DNA of 64,000 nucleotides from Utricularia gibba (GCA_002189035.1 NEEC01000012.1:1984001-2048000); one strand, 5' to 3'. Shown: positions 35,708 through 49,750, numbered from the stretch's first letter. Notes: generated by a model not told the origin, from the letters alone. Numbers and translations: made by a program.

Positions 35708-38700
35708 GGATTCCGATGACGGGAAAGCTTTTGCCTTTTTCGTTGTTGTGAAAGACGGGGGAGGCAGAGCAGGCTACAAGCTACCAGCAAAATTGCTGTG
35801 CTGCTGCTGATGGTATAAGTAGCAATCACAAACGGGGACCGGTTGTCCTTACTCCTCTGAAAACGACAATGGAAGTTGAAAACCAGGGACCTCTCTACGT
35901 TGCATTTTTTTATCAACTAGACTCAAGACTAAATCTCCGTTTACACCTCACCCGCCTTCCTTCCCCAAAACCGATGCACCGGTCGGTTACCATAGAATCT
36001 AGCCACCGGACTTAACAAACCAGCCATGAACGTATCTTATTCGTGTTTTGTAATGTGATCAATATATATATTTTTTACTTTATTTTTATGTGCACTCACA
36101 TGACCCTATCAAATACTTAAATTACGATTATTAGTGATCTACGATTTATTATATATTTAATTATTTCAATTTCAAATTACAATATGAATTTATTTATTTT
36201 AATATTTATTCTTAAGTCAAATTGGTCTTTGAACATTTGTTTTTTGTGATTATAAATAATATTTGGATCATATGTTAATCTATTTTTTTATCATCTTAAA
36301 TCCAATGATTTCTTTGTTTTTTTTACTAGAATTCAGATAAATAAAAATCTATCTTGGTCATCCAAATCATCCCATAAGTCAAATGTTTTAATACCATATT
36401 GAAATTAAAAATTGGATGAAGTCGAATAAGTAAACATAAAATCTAAATATACCAATAATTTGCAATTTCTTATATAGTTAATTATTTTATTTTTAAATTT
36501 TGATATAAAATTATTTATTCTAATAGTTCCCATTATGATACAAGAGAATTCCAATCATCCTATTTTCAATATTCTTATATGAGTGGAAATGACATTGTTT
36601 CATCATCTTTAAAATAAAAACATAAATCCTTCCAAAATACTTAAAAATATAAAAACATTTCTTATTTTTAAATTTAATTTTTCTTTTTTAAAAAACGTTT
36701 TTTTTTCATAAAACTATACCTTTATTCCTAATTTTTCTAAATCCTTCGCGTAGCACACACTCATGAGCCAAAAATATTGTATTTTTAAAAATGTACGGAA
36801 ACTGTCAATTTCTCTTTTTATTCAAATTTTAATATTTTTTATTTGAAAAAGAAAGAAACAAGACCATCAATACTTCACCAAGAGATTCTTTTCTTGTCCT
36901 ACTGTCGTTGGAGGGCGCTGCTCTCCTACACTCACGACCACCTTTGTCCTCTTGCACATTACATCCCTTCCCTGATCCCTCCCTCCCTTCCTCCCAATAA
37001 AATATTCATATTAAATAACCAAAATATTCTCAAAATTCATATATTGCAATTAAATATTTCCCAAAAATCTGGATATCCCTTGCAACCAAGCCGTCTGGAT
37101 AGGGGCAGTCCCGGCTGAGCCGAGTATCTCATCTCGGCGCGCCGGTTTTTAAAAGCAAAGCAGAGGTTTCCAAAGGCGGAAAGAAATGTTTAGCCAGCGT
37201 CCGTCGGCTCGTGTGAGGGTGACGGGAGCCCCGCCCCCGATCATGTTTGGGCCCACGCATCCTAGTGGGGTCCATATTGCCACGTGTCGACCTACTTTTG
37301 GACCACTGACACCCGGAAAGGGGGACCACCATCGTAACCCGCGCCGATACTTGGACTTGGACCTGTCTCCTGCTGCTGGCTGCCCCCATAATAAAATCCT
37401 ATTCGTTCTTAAGCGGGTAGAACCAACCCGACCCGACCCGAACCGCCATAATCATTAACAAACCATTATTTATTTATTTATTTATGAAAATAATAATGGG
37501 AATTGGTGCTGCAGTTGGGCGCGGTCCCAACAGAAATTATGAGGTACCTGCGACTGTGGGGATTTATTCTATGCAGCGGCGTGTGAAGAATAGAATAGAA
37601 TGGTCCCCTGGGCAGGGCTGGCTCAGCCCCCATTTGAACAGTAATTAATAATATTTATTATTTTATTATTATATATTATATATTATTATTATTCTGTGTC
37701 AATTATTTTATATTATATTCTCGTTTTTCGGTTCCGCAGGCCGCGGCGTGCATGTCTTTTGAGGCCGATCATTTAATTCTCCCCTTGCTTATAATACGCA
37801 TGCAAATATTTATTATTATTCATTTTCAGTAAACTTAATAAAAGATTCACTTAGGGGTGGTTGACCCATTCCGTAATAAATCCACACATTTATTAAACAA
37901 GATATTATTTATGAAAAATTAGAATTTTAAGATATGTAAATTTCAATATTCATTTAATATTTAAATTAAAACGTGATGATGATGTAACTATCTTTTAGTA
38001 TATGAAAATTTGAGATCTTTTTGAAGTACTGTTTTTTACTTCATTTTCTAAAGTTATTTAAGAATATTCGTTTTTTAATTCAATAATTTTAAATATAATG
38101 AAAATTTTGCTTCACTTCTATCTGGAGGAGGAGAAATCGAGAGGAGGCTTTTGTTGGCCCGCTAGCGACTCCGGCCCAGCTTTAATGAATAATCACGTGG
38201 CGGGCCCACATCCACTTGGGCCCTTCGTTTTCAACTTGGATGCATAAACTATACCATTTTTGTGACCGTTCCGAGTGAATTGGTTCAGTTGATAGATTCA
38301 TCCGTTTGTTAAAAAATATATATTTGAAATGTTATTATATAAATTATAAATTAATTTTTTTTAATAAAAATCAATATATAATATAAAAATAAATTTGAAA
38401 TAAATTCAACACAAAATTAATGAACATGAAATGACCATAATTAAATGAAATGATAAAAATAACGTCAAAATAAAATAAAATAAATAATATGAATGATGTA
38501 ATAATTTTATATGTCACTCGATTTTTTTTTCTCGATATCAGTTCACCGGTTCAATTGGAAGGTGAACTTGTGGATTGAAAACGTAGCTTGGACTGTGCAT
38601 GTGCTATGGATATTGTTCTAAAGACCATGAGAACTATCAACTAAATATGTTTATTAATTTTTTTTATCAGTAATATAAATATGTCTATAAATGTGTATTA

Positions 38701-39000
38701 ATTTTTTTTTCACGAAAAATACTCAGTATTCTGAATTTGGAATAATATATATATAAGGCTTTAATTATTTTACAATAATAAATATAATTTGCATTTTTGC
38801 GGGGGCGTCTTTCGCCGTCGCTGAACAGTAAAAGAAATGCTTGGCTTAGCGCGGAAGCGAAGAAAAGGTGGGAAAGAGCTTCAATTATTGCATTTGCGCC
38901 TTCCGTACTAGCCACGAGGGGTGTGAAGTACTTCTGTACTCTGGAGAACGAACCGTTGCTTGCATTCACCGAAAGTGAAGATTCCGCGATCACCGCTGTG

Positions 39001-42000
39001 ATGATGGATGATCGGCCGATGGAGACTGAGTTGGTGAGTGTTTGTCAACGTCTGTCAACTCTCAGAGTCAATGCAGACACCAACGGAACGCCGGAGCATG
39101 TGGAGAGTGGAATCGAGGAGGCGATGGGTTCGGTATCACTTGACGCAGACGAGGATCGGGTGGTTGCTGGGAATCAGGAAAAGGACCCTTGGAAAATAGC
39201 AAGAAAGTAAGCTAGTTTTAGTTATTTCTTTTAGTTTTTTGGCCTAGAAGGTCTGTGGGCTGAAATTCGTGCGAAGGTTAGTGTAGTTTTTTTTCAGATA
39301 TAGGTCGGTATGCTTTTACGAACCCAACCAGAAAATTATATCCTGGTTCTGGGCAGTGGAGTCGTCAGCACTTTGGTAGTTGTGGTTTCTATCAGTTGAA
39401 CCACGGTCTAAAACAAAGCATGTAAACGAATTTTTGGGAATATAGGCAATGTTTTATGCAGTAAAATTTCTGATTATTGAATATTAATGAAATGCATGGG
39501 AACCTTGTAAAATTGTAGTGGTCGATTTCCTTCACGTGAACTGTTTAATTGCCAATATATTTTTTGGAATTCCTTTCTTTTTGTAGATGAGCTTTCACTG
39601 GTCAGTCCAATGGTTTTGATTTGCAGGCCCCTCGCTTTTTTCTGATTTATTTTGTTACCCGTATTTTCTTGTATCTGCTACTTTTTACTAGCTTTCCTGA
39701 GTATCAAACTGTCTCCGGGTAACCGTGGGAGTAATGCCATCATTTGTGTGCTTTAAATTTTGATGAAAAAGTATTCTTGTAAGTAGTATCGTGGTCAAAT
39801 TGTTGAAAAACAGAACACACTCCATGATATTGACTACAGCATTTCATAGGTATCAGATTGAACTATGTAAGAAAGCATTGGAAGAGAACGTCGTGGTGTA
39901 TCTGGGAACTGGCACTGGGAAAACGCATATTGCTATTTTACTTATTTATGAGATGCGGCACCTTATTAAGAAGCCCCAAAACAACATATGCATCTTTCTT
40001 GCTCCCACGGTGGCTTTAGTTCAGCAGGTTTGTGCATTCTTTCGATTCTCATGTTCTTTTATTTACAATATCATGTGACGCATAATCATTTATATACCTG
40101 CTCTGGCATTTTTCTGCGCTTTTGTTTAGGCTTGCTTCGTTCACCATGGGCGTAATGTTGATTGAAATGTGTTTCTTTACAAGCTACTCTGTTTGTCTCA
40201 CCTCATTTTTTTTTGGTGCAACAAGCAAGCTAGGCTTATACAAGATTCTCTTGATCTTAAAGTTGGGATTTGCTGTGGGAACTCAACACACTTGAAGAGC
40301 CACAGTGATTGGGAGAAAGAGGTCGCCAAATATGAGGTTGGTTGTATTAAATGTCTGGTTTTTTTTAAGTCCTTGTCATTAACTCTGTAATGAAGTGTCA
40401 TCCAGCCTCCAAATCAAGCATAGTGGTTATGTCTAATTTTCTATTAATTCCTCTTTTTCATTCATCTGTATTTTCTATATACGTGCAGATCTTTGTTATG
40501 ACGCCTCAGATAATGCTGCATTCTCTATCTCACTCCTTTATCAAAATTGAATGCATTGCCCTTCTTATATTTGATGAATGCCATTATGCGCAACTTGGAA
40601 GTAATCATCCTTATGCTGAAATCATGAAGGTGATTTGCTGAATTTATTTTCCATAGTTCATTTGTCAGTTGGTGATCCTGTGAATGGGAACCTACTTTTC
40701 CTATAAATGCCACAGATCTTCTATAAAGTTGATGCTATGAAACTTCCTAGAATTTTTGGCATGACGGCATCTCCAAAGTTTGGAAAAGGTAAGCTAGATG
40801 TTCTGGCACAGTTTCTATTAGTTAGTGTCCTTTCACATTGTCATATATTTTATTAGTTAGTGTTCTTTCTATTAAATGTCTCTGCTTTACTTGGAGAGGA
40901 TTCTAGGGATGGGTAACAATATTTTATCCAGAGCTATCATCATGCGTAGAGTTGATGTGTATTTTGATTATAAAAATTATATGCTGTGCCATATTACACA
41001 TCCTGAGGCATACTAAACTTTCACACATCAGGTGGCTCAATTGACGGTTTAGAGACATTACTTCGTGCAAAGGTACCATTTTCATGGCCTGCCATTCAAG
41101 TATCTAGACAATGAATTAAAATATTTTTGACAGGTCTATTCTGTTGAAGACATGAAAGAGCTAGAGAAAGTTGTTAATTGCCCAAAAATAAAGATATATT
41201 ACTACTGTTCTTCCCCTAATGGAATCTATATCAGGAAACTAGAGGAAATCAAGCACCAGGTATAAGCTAGTCAGGCATTTCACACTATAGCTTCTCATGG
41301 GAAAATAGTGTCCATTTTTTGCTCATTCAACTGTTTTAGCAGTATGTTTCAGAATTCCGAGCTGACTCATTTGATCAGAAAATTTTAAAGAATGCAAAAA
41401 AATTGCTTCTAGGGCTGCATTCCAATTTGCTAATTTGTCTGGAAAGTCTTGGATTATGGGGTGCATTACAGGTAAAAATCTTAGATGTGTGGCAGTTTCT
41501 GAATCTCTTGAAGTAGATAACTGAGAGTCTAACCTTTATTTTGTTAAAGGCCAGCTACAACTTCATACGCCATGGTTATGATCTTGAGAGTAATATGCCT
41601 GTGGACAAGGAAAAGGCGTCTGATGGCTTATGCAATAAGTACTTGCAGGAAGCCTCCAAGCTCCTTGCTTCTGATTGCACTTGGGGTATTTTTCACTGCT
41701 GCGCGAATACATCCAAAATTCGCACCCTTTTGTCACTTTCACTCACACTGTTACTAATACTTATCTGAATCATAAATTTCCAATATAGCTGGTTGCATCA
41801 TTTTCATATTGCAACTGATGGTTTTTCCCTTTCCTACTGCTTTTTATTTGAGAAATCATATCTGTATTTTGATGAATGTACTTTTTCAATTATTATTTAT
41901 GCAGATGGAAATGAAGTTGGTTTGTGCAATGTTGAAGTCTTGAAGGAGCCGTTTTTTTCAAGGAAGGTCTTAAAGCTTGTGGGAATTCTCTCAGGCTATA

Positions 42001-45000
42001 GGTTTCCATGATTGTGTTCTGTCGCCACTATTTCTATATTGTAATCTGTAGTGAAACGTTTGAGTTTTCTTGCAGGTCACAGCCTAACCCCAAATGCATA
42101 ATATTTGTGGATAGGATCGTCACTGCTTTGTCCCTTTCACACATGGTTCAAAATTTAAAGCATTTATCTTCATGGAAATGTGGGTACCTTGTGGGAATAC
42201 ACTCTGGGTTTATGTCAAGAAAAAATACCAATGATGTTCTCGAGAAGTTTCGTGATGGCGAGGTAAATTTTCTACGATGTAAGCAAGTGCTTTTATTGTG
42301 GTTAAAATAATTCTACCCCTTTACTATATATTCTTCTAGCCTTTTTTAAGTCCTGAAAATGAGTTTTCTTAAATGGGCAGCCAAAAGAGAAGTTTTCTGT
42401 TCTTTTAATATGCATGCAAGTGTAAGCAGGTTGACACCATACGCGAAAGCTTAGGGTGTTGTTATGTGTACCGCTAGGAGACCCTAACAAATTGAATGTG
42501 ATTGTGCTAACTCAGGACTCTTGTACAGATTTTCAAATTTTCCTTGATTGCATATTTGGAAACTGTGTAATGACTTTTTTATTTTCTGGCTCGTTGTCCT
42601 GATCATGCTATCTTGGCAGCTCAATCTGTTGGTTGCAACAAAGGTGGCTGAAGAGGGGCTAGACATTCAAACATGCTGCCTTGTAATACGTTATGATCTA
42701 CCAAACACTGTTGCAAGTTTTATTCAGTCAAGAGGACGTGCTCGAATGGCACTTTCAGAGTACGCTTTTTTGGTGGACAGGTGCCTTTCTCATGCTATGC
42801 AGTTTCAGTTTCAGATACTAATCGTGTTTAATGCACAAGGTTGTTTTGAATCTTACATTGGATGATGCAGGACCAATCCACAAGAACAGGAATTAATTGA
42901 AAAGTTTAAAAGGGATGAATCTCTAATGAATGAGGAAATTTCATCTAGAAAATATAATGTGCCAATGGTCAATTTTGAGGAGAAAACCTATAAAGTTGAG
43001 TCGACAGGGGCAACTATTAGTTCAGTTTCAAGTGTTTCATTGCTCCATCACTATTGTTCAAAACTTCCACATGATGAGTAAGATTTAATTTAGTTTGGTA
43101 ATTCCTTTCTTATGTTCTTATCATGTCCAAATGAGTTTTGTTGTTAGACTTATTAAACTTTTATATTGACAGGTACTTCAATCCAAGGCCTGAGTTTTTC
43201 TATTGTGAGGATGGAGACGAAACCCTTTGTACTATAATTCTTCCAGCCAATGCTCCACTGCATCAAGTTGTTGGTGCCCCGCAGTGCTCTAGAGAGGAGG
43301 CCAAGAAAGATGCCTCCCTTGAGGCATGCAAGGCTCTGCATCAGATTGGAGCACTAACCGATTATCTCTTGCCAGAGGAAGATGATAAAATTGAGGAATC
43401 AATAATTGACATGCTTGATTCTAGCAGTTGTAATGGTCAGTATGTCTCGTGCCATTTATTTTGAAATGCTTTCGTTTCTTACCTGGCTATTTTATTTTTT
43501 TCCCAATTCTTTCAGATGATTATCGAGCTGAACTACATGAAATGTTTGTTCCCGCAACCATAAGGCAACCCTGGAAATACATAGGGAATTCTACTTGTTT
43601 AAGTTCATACTTCTTCAAAATTTGTCCTTATCCAGAGGATCGGACTTATTGCAAGTTTGGGCTTTTTTTGATGGAGCCACTTCCTGAAGAGGCTGGGAAA
43701 ATTAAACTTGATCTTTGTTTGATGCATGGTAGAATGGTTAAGACAGAGCTTGTCCCTTCTGGAACTTTGTCGTTTGATGAAGATCAGGTGCCTTTGCTTT
43801 CAGTTTCATCTGTTCAAGTTTAGATGAAAAATTGTTGTACTGAGTAAGCTACTCGAAAATGCAGATTAATGCTGCAGAAGCGTTTCAGAAAATTTGTCTT
43901 GGAGTTATTTTTGATCGACATGCATTTATGCCAGAATATGTGCCGCTGGAATCCAATGATGTCCATGAACCAAGCACCTCAACTTTTTACTTGCTGCTGC
44001 CTGTCATTCAACATGAGCGTCATATCTCTGTAGACTGGAAATTAGTGAAGAAGTTTATTTCCTCGCCTATTTTCAGACAACCAGGTTCAGGCGATGGTGG
44101 AACCTCCCAAATTACTGGTTCCTTGCATCTTGCCAATGGTCGCAGAAGTGTGGAGGATGTGGTGGGTAGCTTGATTTTTGTTCCTGGGAAAAATGTATAT
44201 TTTTTTGTTGCTGATGTTCTGGAAGATAAAAGCGGGTACAGCTTATATTGTAATTCAAAAACTCATGTGAGGCACTATGCTGAAGAGTAAGTCTTCCTTT
44301 CTTTTTTTCATTTCAGGCCAACGTATAGGTTTCTTTTCATACATAACAGTCTTCTTTAATGACACATTTTGTACATCTAATTTTATCAGTTGGCTTTGTT
44401 TTGGAGTTATGATCATATTCGGTGGATGTTCTTCTGATTTATCTGTATGAGTTTAAAATAATGCTGGATTTAAGAACCCTTACTGTTCATATTGTCAGAA
44501 AATTATGAATTCAGACACTGATAGTCAACAGATCTCATTGTAGTGTGTGTGATTTATATATCTGATTTTAAAAGTATTTGTGCTTCAATGTAAGTACATG
44601 TGTATTCCTCTTATCATCGTTGCTTCTTTCTTGATCTTATTCTTAAAAACCTCGGCTTATATAGCTTAGGTATTCATCTGGCGCACCCGGATCAGCCCTT
44701 ATTGAAAGCTAAACAAGTTTTTGTTTTGGACAATTTACTGAGAAAGAAAAAACACACAGGTTAAAATTTAATTTTGTTCATGTATCACCTTTTATTGGAC
44801 GTGTTAATTTCCACTCTATTGTGTGTTTGGCAATTCTGTAACTCCTGTCACATCATCTGCAGAAAAATTGAAAGAGAAAGTGGAGCATTTTGTTGAATTG
44901 CCCCCTGAGATTTGTCAGTTGAAAGTAATCGGTTTTTCCAAGGAAGTTGGAAGTACATTATCGCTCCTACCATCAGTAATGCATCGGCTTGAAAGCTTTT

Positions 45001-48000
45001 TGGTAGCTTTCGAGTTGAAAAATAAACTTGTTGATTCTTTCCCTGAGGCCAAATATGTAACTGTTGATCATGTAAGTTCTATCCATCTGGTCTTTTAATA
45101 ATTTATAATTGGTTTGTTGATTAGCAGGCATCTTAGGATTTCCTGACAACAATCTTTATCTTGCTAATACGTTGCCTTGAGCGGTGCAGGTTCTTGAAGC
45201 CATAACAACAGAAAGTTGCTGTGAACAATTTTCTCTTGAACGGCTTGAAACTCTAGGAGATTCATTTCTAAAGTTAGCAGTTAGTACACATCTTTTTCTA
45301 AAGCATGATGTTTTGGATGAAGGCCACCTAACCAGAAAGCGTTCCAACCTTATTAACAACTTGAATTTGCACAAACTGGCAAAAAAGAAAAATTTACAGG
45401 TAACAACACATGGCAACATTTCCTTCCGCACACATTATCATTGTTTTAACCTCGCCTAAAAGTTTAGAATGAGTTGCTTCCTCCTGTGAAAAAGAGCAAA
45501 GACTAAATTTCAGAGAAACTTCCCATATCGGTCTTTGGTGTTGCTAATTTTTTAAATAAATGTTATAGGTATACATACGCGATCAATCACTTGATGCCAA
45601 TCAATTCTTTGCACTTGGTCATCGCTGCCCTATTACTTGCAATAAAGAAACTGAGGGAAGTATTCACCCTCATCCTCATGGAAAGGAACATGGTAGAAGT
45701 TCTGAAAAGAGGTGCAACAAATGCCACCACTGGTTATACCATAAGACTGTTGCAGATGTTGTTGAGGCACTCACTGGTGCTTTTGTAATTGATGGTGGAA
45801 TAAAGGCTGCGACAGCTTTTCTTAATTGGATTGGCATAGATGTTGAATTTTCACGTATTCAACTAGAGAGTATCTACTCTGCAAGCAAGGCATTCCTGTC
45901 ACTTTCCAGCAAGATTGATACGAACACTCTGGAGGATATGATGAGATACAGATTTGTGCACAAGGGTTTGCTGATTCAAGCTTTTGTTCATCCATCCTTT
46001 AACAGGCATTCGGGAGGATGTTACCAGGTATGGTGTTGAGCTCCAACTTTGAGTGCATGAATTGGTTGTTCTATCTTGGCATCACTGGCTTATCCACTTT
46101 TAAATGGAAGCAACATTCGAATTTCATTTCTGTGTGTAGGTTTTAGAATTTGGATATTTCAATGTGAATTGGGAACAATTGCATTAGTCCAAGGCAAAAT
46201 CTAAATTCTCTCTAGTGCAAAAATGTCGCCATGTTTTTTTAATCCCACATCATTTGTTTTGCGTAACTATTTTACTGTTCCACTAGTTTAATAACCTGTT
46301 ATATTTACCCTCTGGTCAGTAACAATGACCATTCATCCGCTTATAACTCTAATTTATCCTATTGGGTGATATGCATTGAATTCTTGATCAGAGACTTGAG
46401 TTTCTCGGAGATGCTGTCTTGGACTATTTGATCACTTCATATCTGTATTCAACATTCCCAACCTTAAAGCCTGGCCAGTTAACGGATTTGAGGTCTCAAT
46501 GTGTTAACAACATTGCATTTGCTGATGCGGCTGCCCGTTTGTCCTTCCAGAACTTCATCATTTGTAACTCTGCAGTTCTTCGTGAGTCATTGACGAAATA
46601 TGTGAACAGTGCACTGTCATCTACAGAGAGTGAACATGTTGAAGGGGTTCCCTGTCCCAAGGTTCTTATTCTGTTAACTATTGCATGGAATTTAACAAGT
46701 TTTTCTTGGTGTTCTTTCATTTTGAGCTGATCATCTTGGTAAACTGAGTCAGTTTGGATAACCGTATGCCATTGCTTGAAGAGCATACATATCACAAATT
46801 ATATCCACCTCTCTTTTCTTGAGAAAATGTCCGTCTGTCTCTTATAAATTTTTTTTAAGAAAAAAAAATCGTGCGGTTACATGATATAACAGTTGATTGA
46901 GCGACTTCTTTTAAGTTAACTTTCGTATCCTTCATGTTGAAAGATTGGTAGTCTGCATAGTATGATGGACAAAGCCTTACTTAACACTGCAATGCTTCAG
47001 GCCCTTGGTGACCTCGTGGAATCTTGTATGGGTGCCTTGTACCTTGACACTGGATATGATTTGAAGCATGCATGGGAAACAATGCACATTTTGCTTGATC
47101 CGGTCATTAATTATGCAAAGCTTCAACTTAATCCCATTCGAGAGATTATAGAGCTTTGCCAATCTTACAATTGGGAGTTGAGATTTTCTTCATCTAGTAG
47201 AAAAGGTGAAGTTACAACTGAAGCAAAAGTCGATGAGATAAACATGTCAGCTTCAGCCACACATACTAGTGTACGAGCTTCCAAAAGATTGGCTGCAAGT
47301 GAACTTACTAATCTTTTGAAGGTGTGTTAGTTTTAATGATTTCCTTTGTCCTAGAAAGTTAATGAAGGCTGTGAGATTGCACTTTATGGGCTTTCTCTTT
47401 TTGGTTTTTGATATATCGCTCCTTTGCATTATGGGCTTTCTGCCATTCTCATATGAACCCTTTAATCTGCAGGAGAAAGGCTACAAATCAAACACAAAAT
47501 CACTGAAGGACGTTGTAGGAAAAGCCAAACGGGCAGAACCAGTATTGATTGGACATGATGAAACCCCCACCAATGGAGCTTCGAAATCTGAAGCCCCTGC
47601 AACCTTTCATGGTGACTGTAGTCAGAAAGCATCTCCTCGTGATGAAGATCCCACGCACATTCCTGATAACAATGCAATTCCTATCAGACAGTCCCCTTCT
47701 AAAGATAGGCTTTTAGGATCCTGCAGAAAGCAAGAAGCTCCCTCTAACAGCAGCAAAAGTGATGCTTCTGCCGAAGATCTGAATAAAGGATGCGACTCTC
47801 ACTCACCAGTAAAAGGAGGTATTCTTCTGATTGGCATTCTCAAGCCTTTTTCCCCCAGATGTGTGTCTTACTCTACCACTCAACACATATGTTAGGTTCT
47901 GGACCCAACACATCAGCAAAATCACGGCTATTTGAAATATGTGCCGCCAACTACTGGAAGCCTCCAGTTTTTGAATGCTGGAAAGAGACCGGCCCGGTCA

Positions 48001-48472
48001 CTTGAAGGAGTAAGATCTATAGTGTGGATTCCACTTTTTTTTTATCTATCGGTTTGGCTTATTGAATGGGGCATGTGATTATTGAATACTAGAAGTAGAA
48101 TATTAGGACATACTGGGAGAACTTGAAAAGATCTAGGTATTAGGACAAACTGGTTTTTATCATATCCTTTGAGGTGAGCAAATGTAATGTTGATCATGCT
48201 CCCAAGGTAAAACCTACTTTAGCAGTTCCTCTTTCTCTTGCTTTTAGCTTCAGCTGTGGTCCATTTCCCCGTTTGATGCATTGAAATTCTAGAACCACAC
48301 AGATGTTAACCCTGGTTTCCACAGATTCATTTTCAGGATCACCTTCGATATCGAGGAAGCAATGCACGAGTCGATCGAGGCCTACGGAGAACCCAGAAAC
48401 AAGAAAAAGGATGCTGCAGAGCACGCTGCAGAAGGAGCCCTCTGGTACTTGAAACAACGAGGTTACACATAG
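39001..48472 (+). CDS. DCL4: Dicer-like 4, multi-exon
   Basis: [32 protein letters not shown] box, [19 protein letters not shown]283 ([17 protein letters not shown]), RNase IIIa [12 protein letters not shown], RNase IIIb [12 protein letters not shown], two dsRBDs ending [21 protein letters not shown] stop. Apparent 1-nt deletion at 47993-47995. Confidence 0.97.
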
Positions 48473-49413
48473 GGCCAGCCACAAAGGTACTCTCTCCCAA
48501 ATGCAGCATGTTGTTGTGCGTTCATGAGCCATGAACTGTGCGCCTCTGCAGGAAGGTCCTAATGCTTGTTGTGACTGGGGGAGACACGTCGCCACAACTT
48601 GACCGTTTAATATCCTGGGCAGTAAGTATTTTTGGCCTGGAATATGAATCCCCGTACATAATGGGACTTCATGGTCAAGCCTCAGCTAGAGATGGGAGGA
48701 GCCTTTTTTGATCGCCTCTGCATGGTGACGTTTGATTCCCTCCAAATTGCATTGTAAAATTATGTTATCTCCCCAATTTAAAAGCAGTGTTTTAAAACTC
48801 AATTAAACCTCAACCCAAAAGAATTTTTTTTTAAAAAAAATATATTAATTTTTTAAAATATTGAATTCATATGATTATTTTATTTTCATAATATATTTAC
48901 ATTAAATTTAACTGGTTTAGAGTTTAACGTCATTTTAATTGCCGAGGCGTAAATATGGAATTAGGTTACTCTTTTTAAAACATGTATAAGGAGTAAATAT
49001 TAATACAAAAAAAAAAACAGAAGGACTGCGTGGCGATCTGGTTTCTCTGATCCGAGCCTCAAAATCCGCATCTTTCACCCCACTCGGTTTTGCGTTTGGA
49101 TTTCTCCTGCACCTCTTTTTTTGGCAACTGCTGCTTCGATACGGACGATGACGGAGATAAGGATTTTCCGGCGAAGGATTCCGCCGACTCCTCGTCGCCC
49201 CACGACTTCGACTTCGCGGCAGATTGCCAAAATGATTTTGTCGACCAAATGTTCTCATCCATTCCCCTGTGGTGGCCAGTTTGTAAGAACAGCCACCGCT
49301 GTGCCGTTGACGCCAAAGACCACCTGTTGGTTCAACTGCCGTTTCGCCTTTGCCGCCGGTGGTGCGGCGATACAGTATCTTCAAGACAAAGGCCGCTGCT
49401 TCATGCCCATCTT

Positions 49414-49530
49414 CGAGCCTCTCATGCAATGCATGTGCTCAGCAGAAGGTAAGAGTTATCCAAGCTCGACTAAAACCAGAGATTACAAAAGAAAACAAGC
49501 ACTTCAGACATGCATTGCACGAGAGGCTCG
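49414..49530 (-). ncRNA. Candidate pre-miRNA/hairpin RNA with a 23-bp stem
   Basis: 49414-49436 and 49508-49530 are inverted repeats with one difference, which is a G:U pair on the minus strand; 71-nt spacer. Confidence 0.4.
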
Positions 49531-49750
49531 GTTTTGTCATTGAGGCCGTAAAGAACAAGACATAATCAACAAAGGAAGCACAAAGAATTCAAGACCACCA
49601 TGCCATTTCATGTCCGAGATCTCGGACACACCAACATTAGATGCTAGTTGACGTACGAACAAAGCAGCGATGCAATATGAACAAGAAACCAGCAACCCAC
49701 CAATGCATTGGTACGACAGACAAGTATTGCTTACTTAAGGAGCAGTAGAT

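Noticed and set aside
48785-48930. CAGTGTTTTAAAA hAT-MITE-like terminus, and similar AT-rich MITE-like patches at about 180-420, 28200-28460 and 53160-53410
   Set aside because: Only one plausible terminus each and no target-site duplication found; too weak to call.
49449-49507. Plus-strand GTAAGA...TTCAG intron-like segment inside the hairpin loop
   Set aside because: It is A-rich rather than U-rich, only about 59 nt long, and has no credible flanking coding exons.
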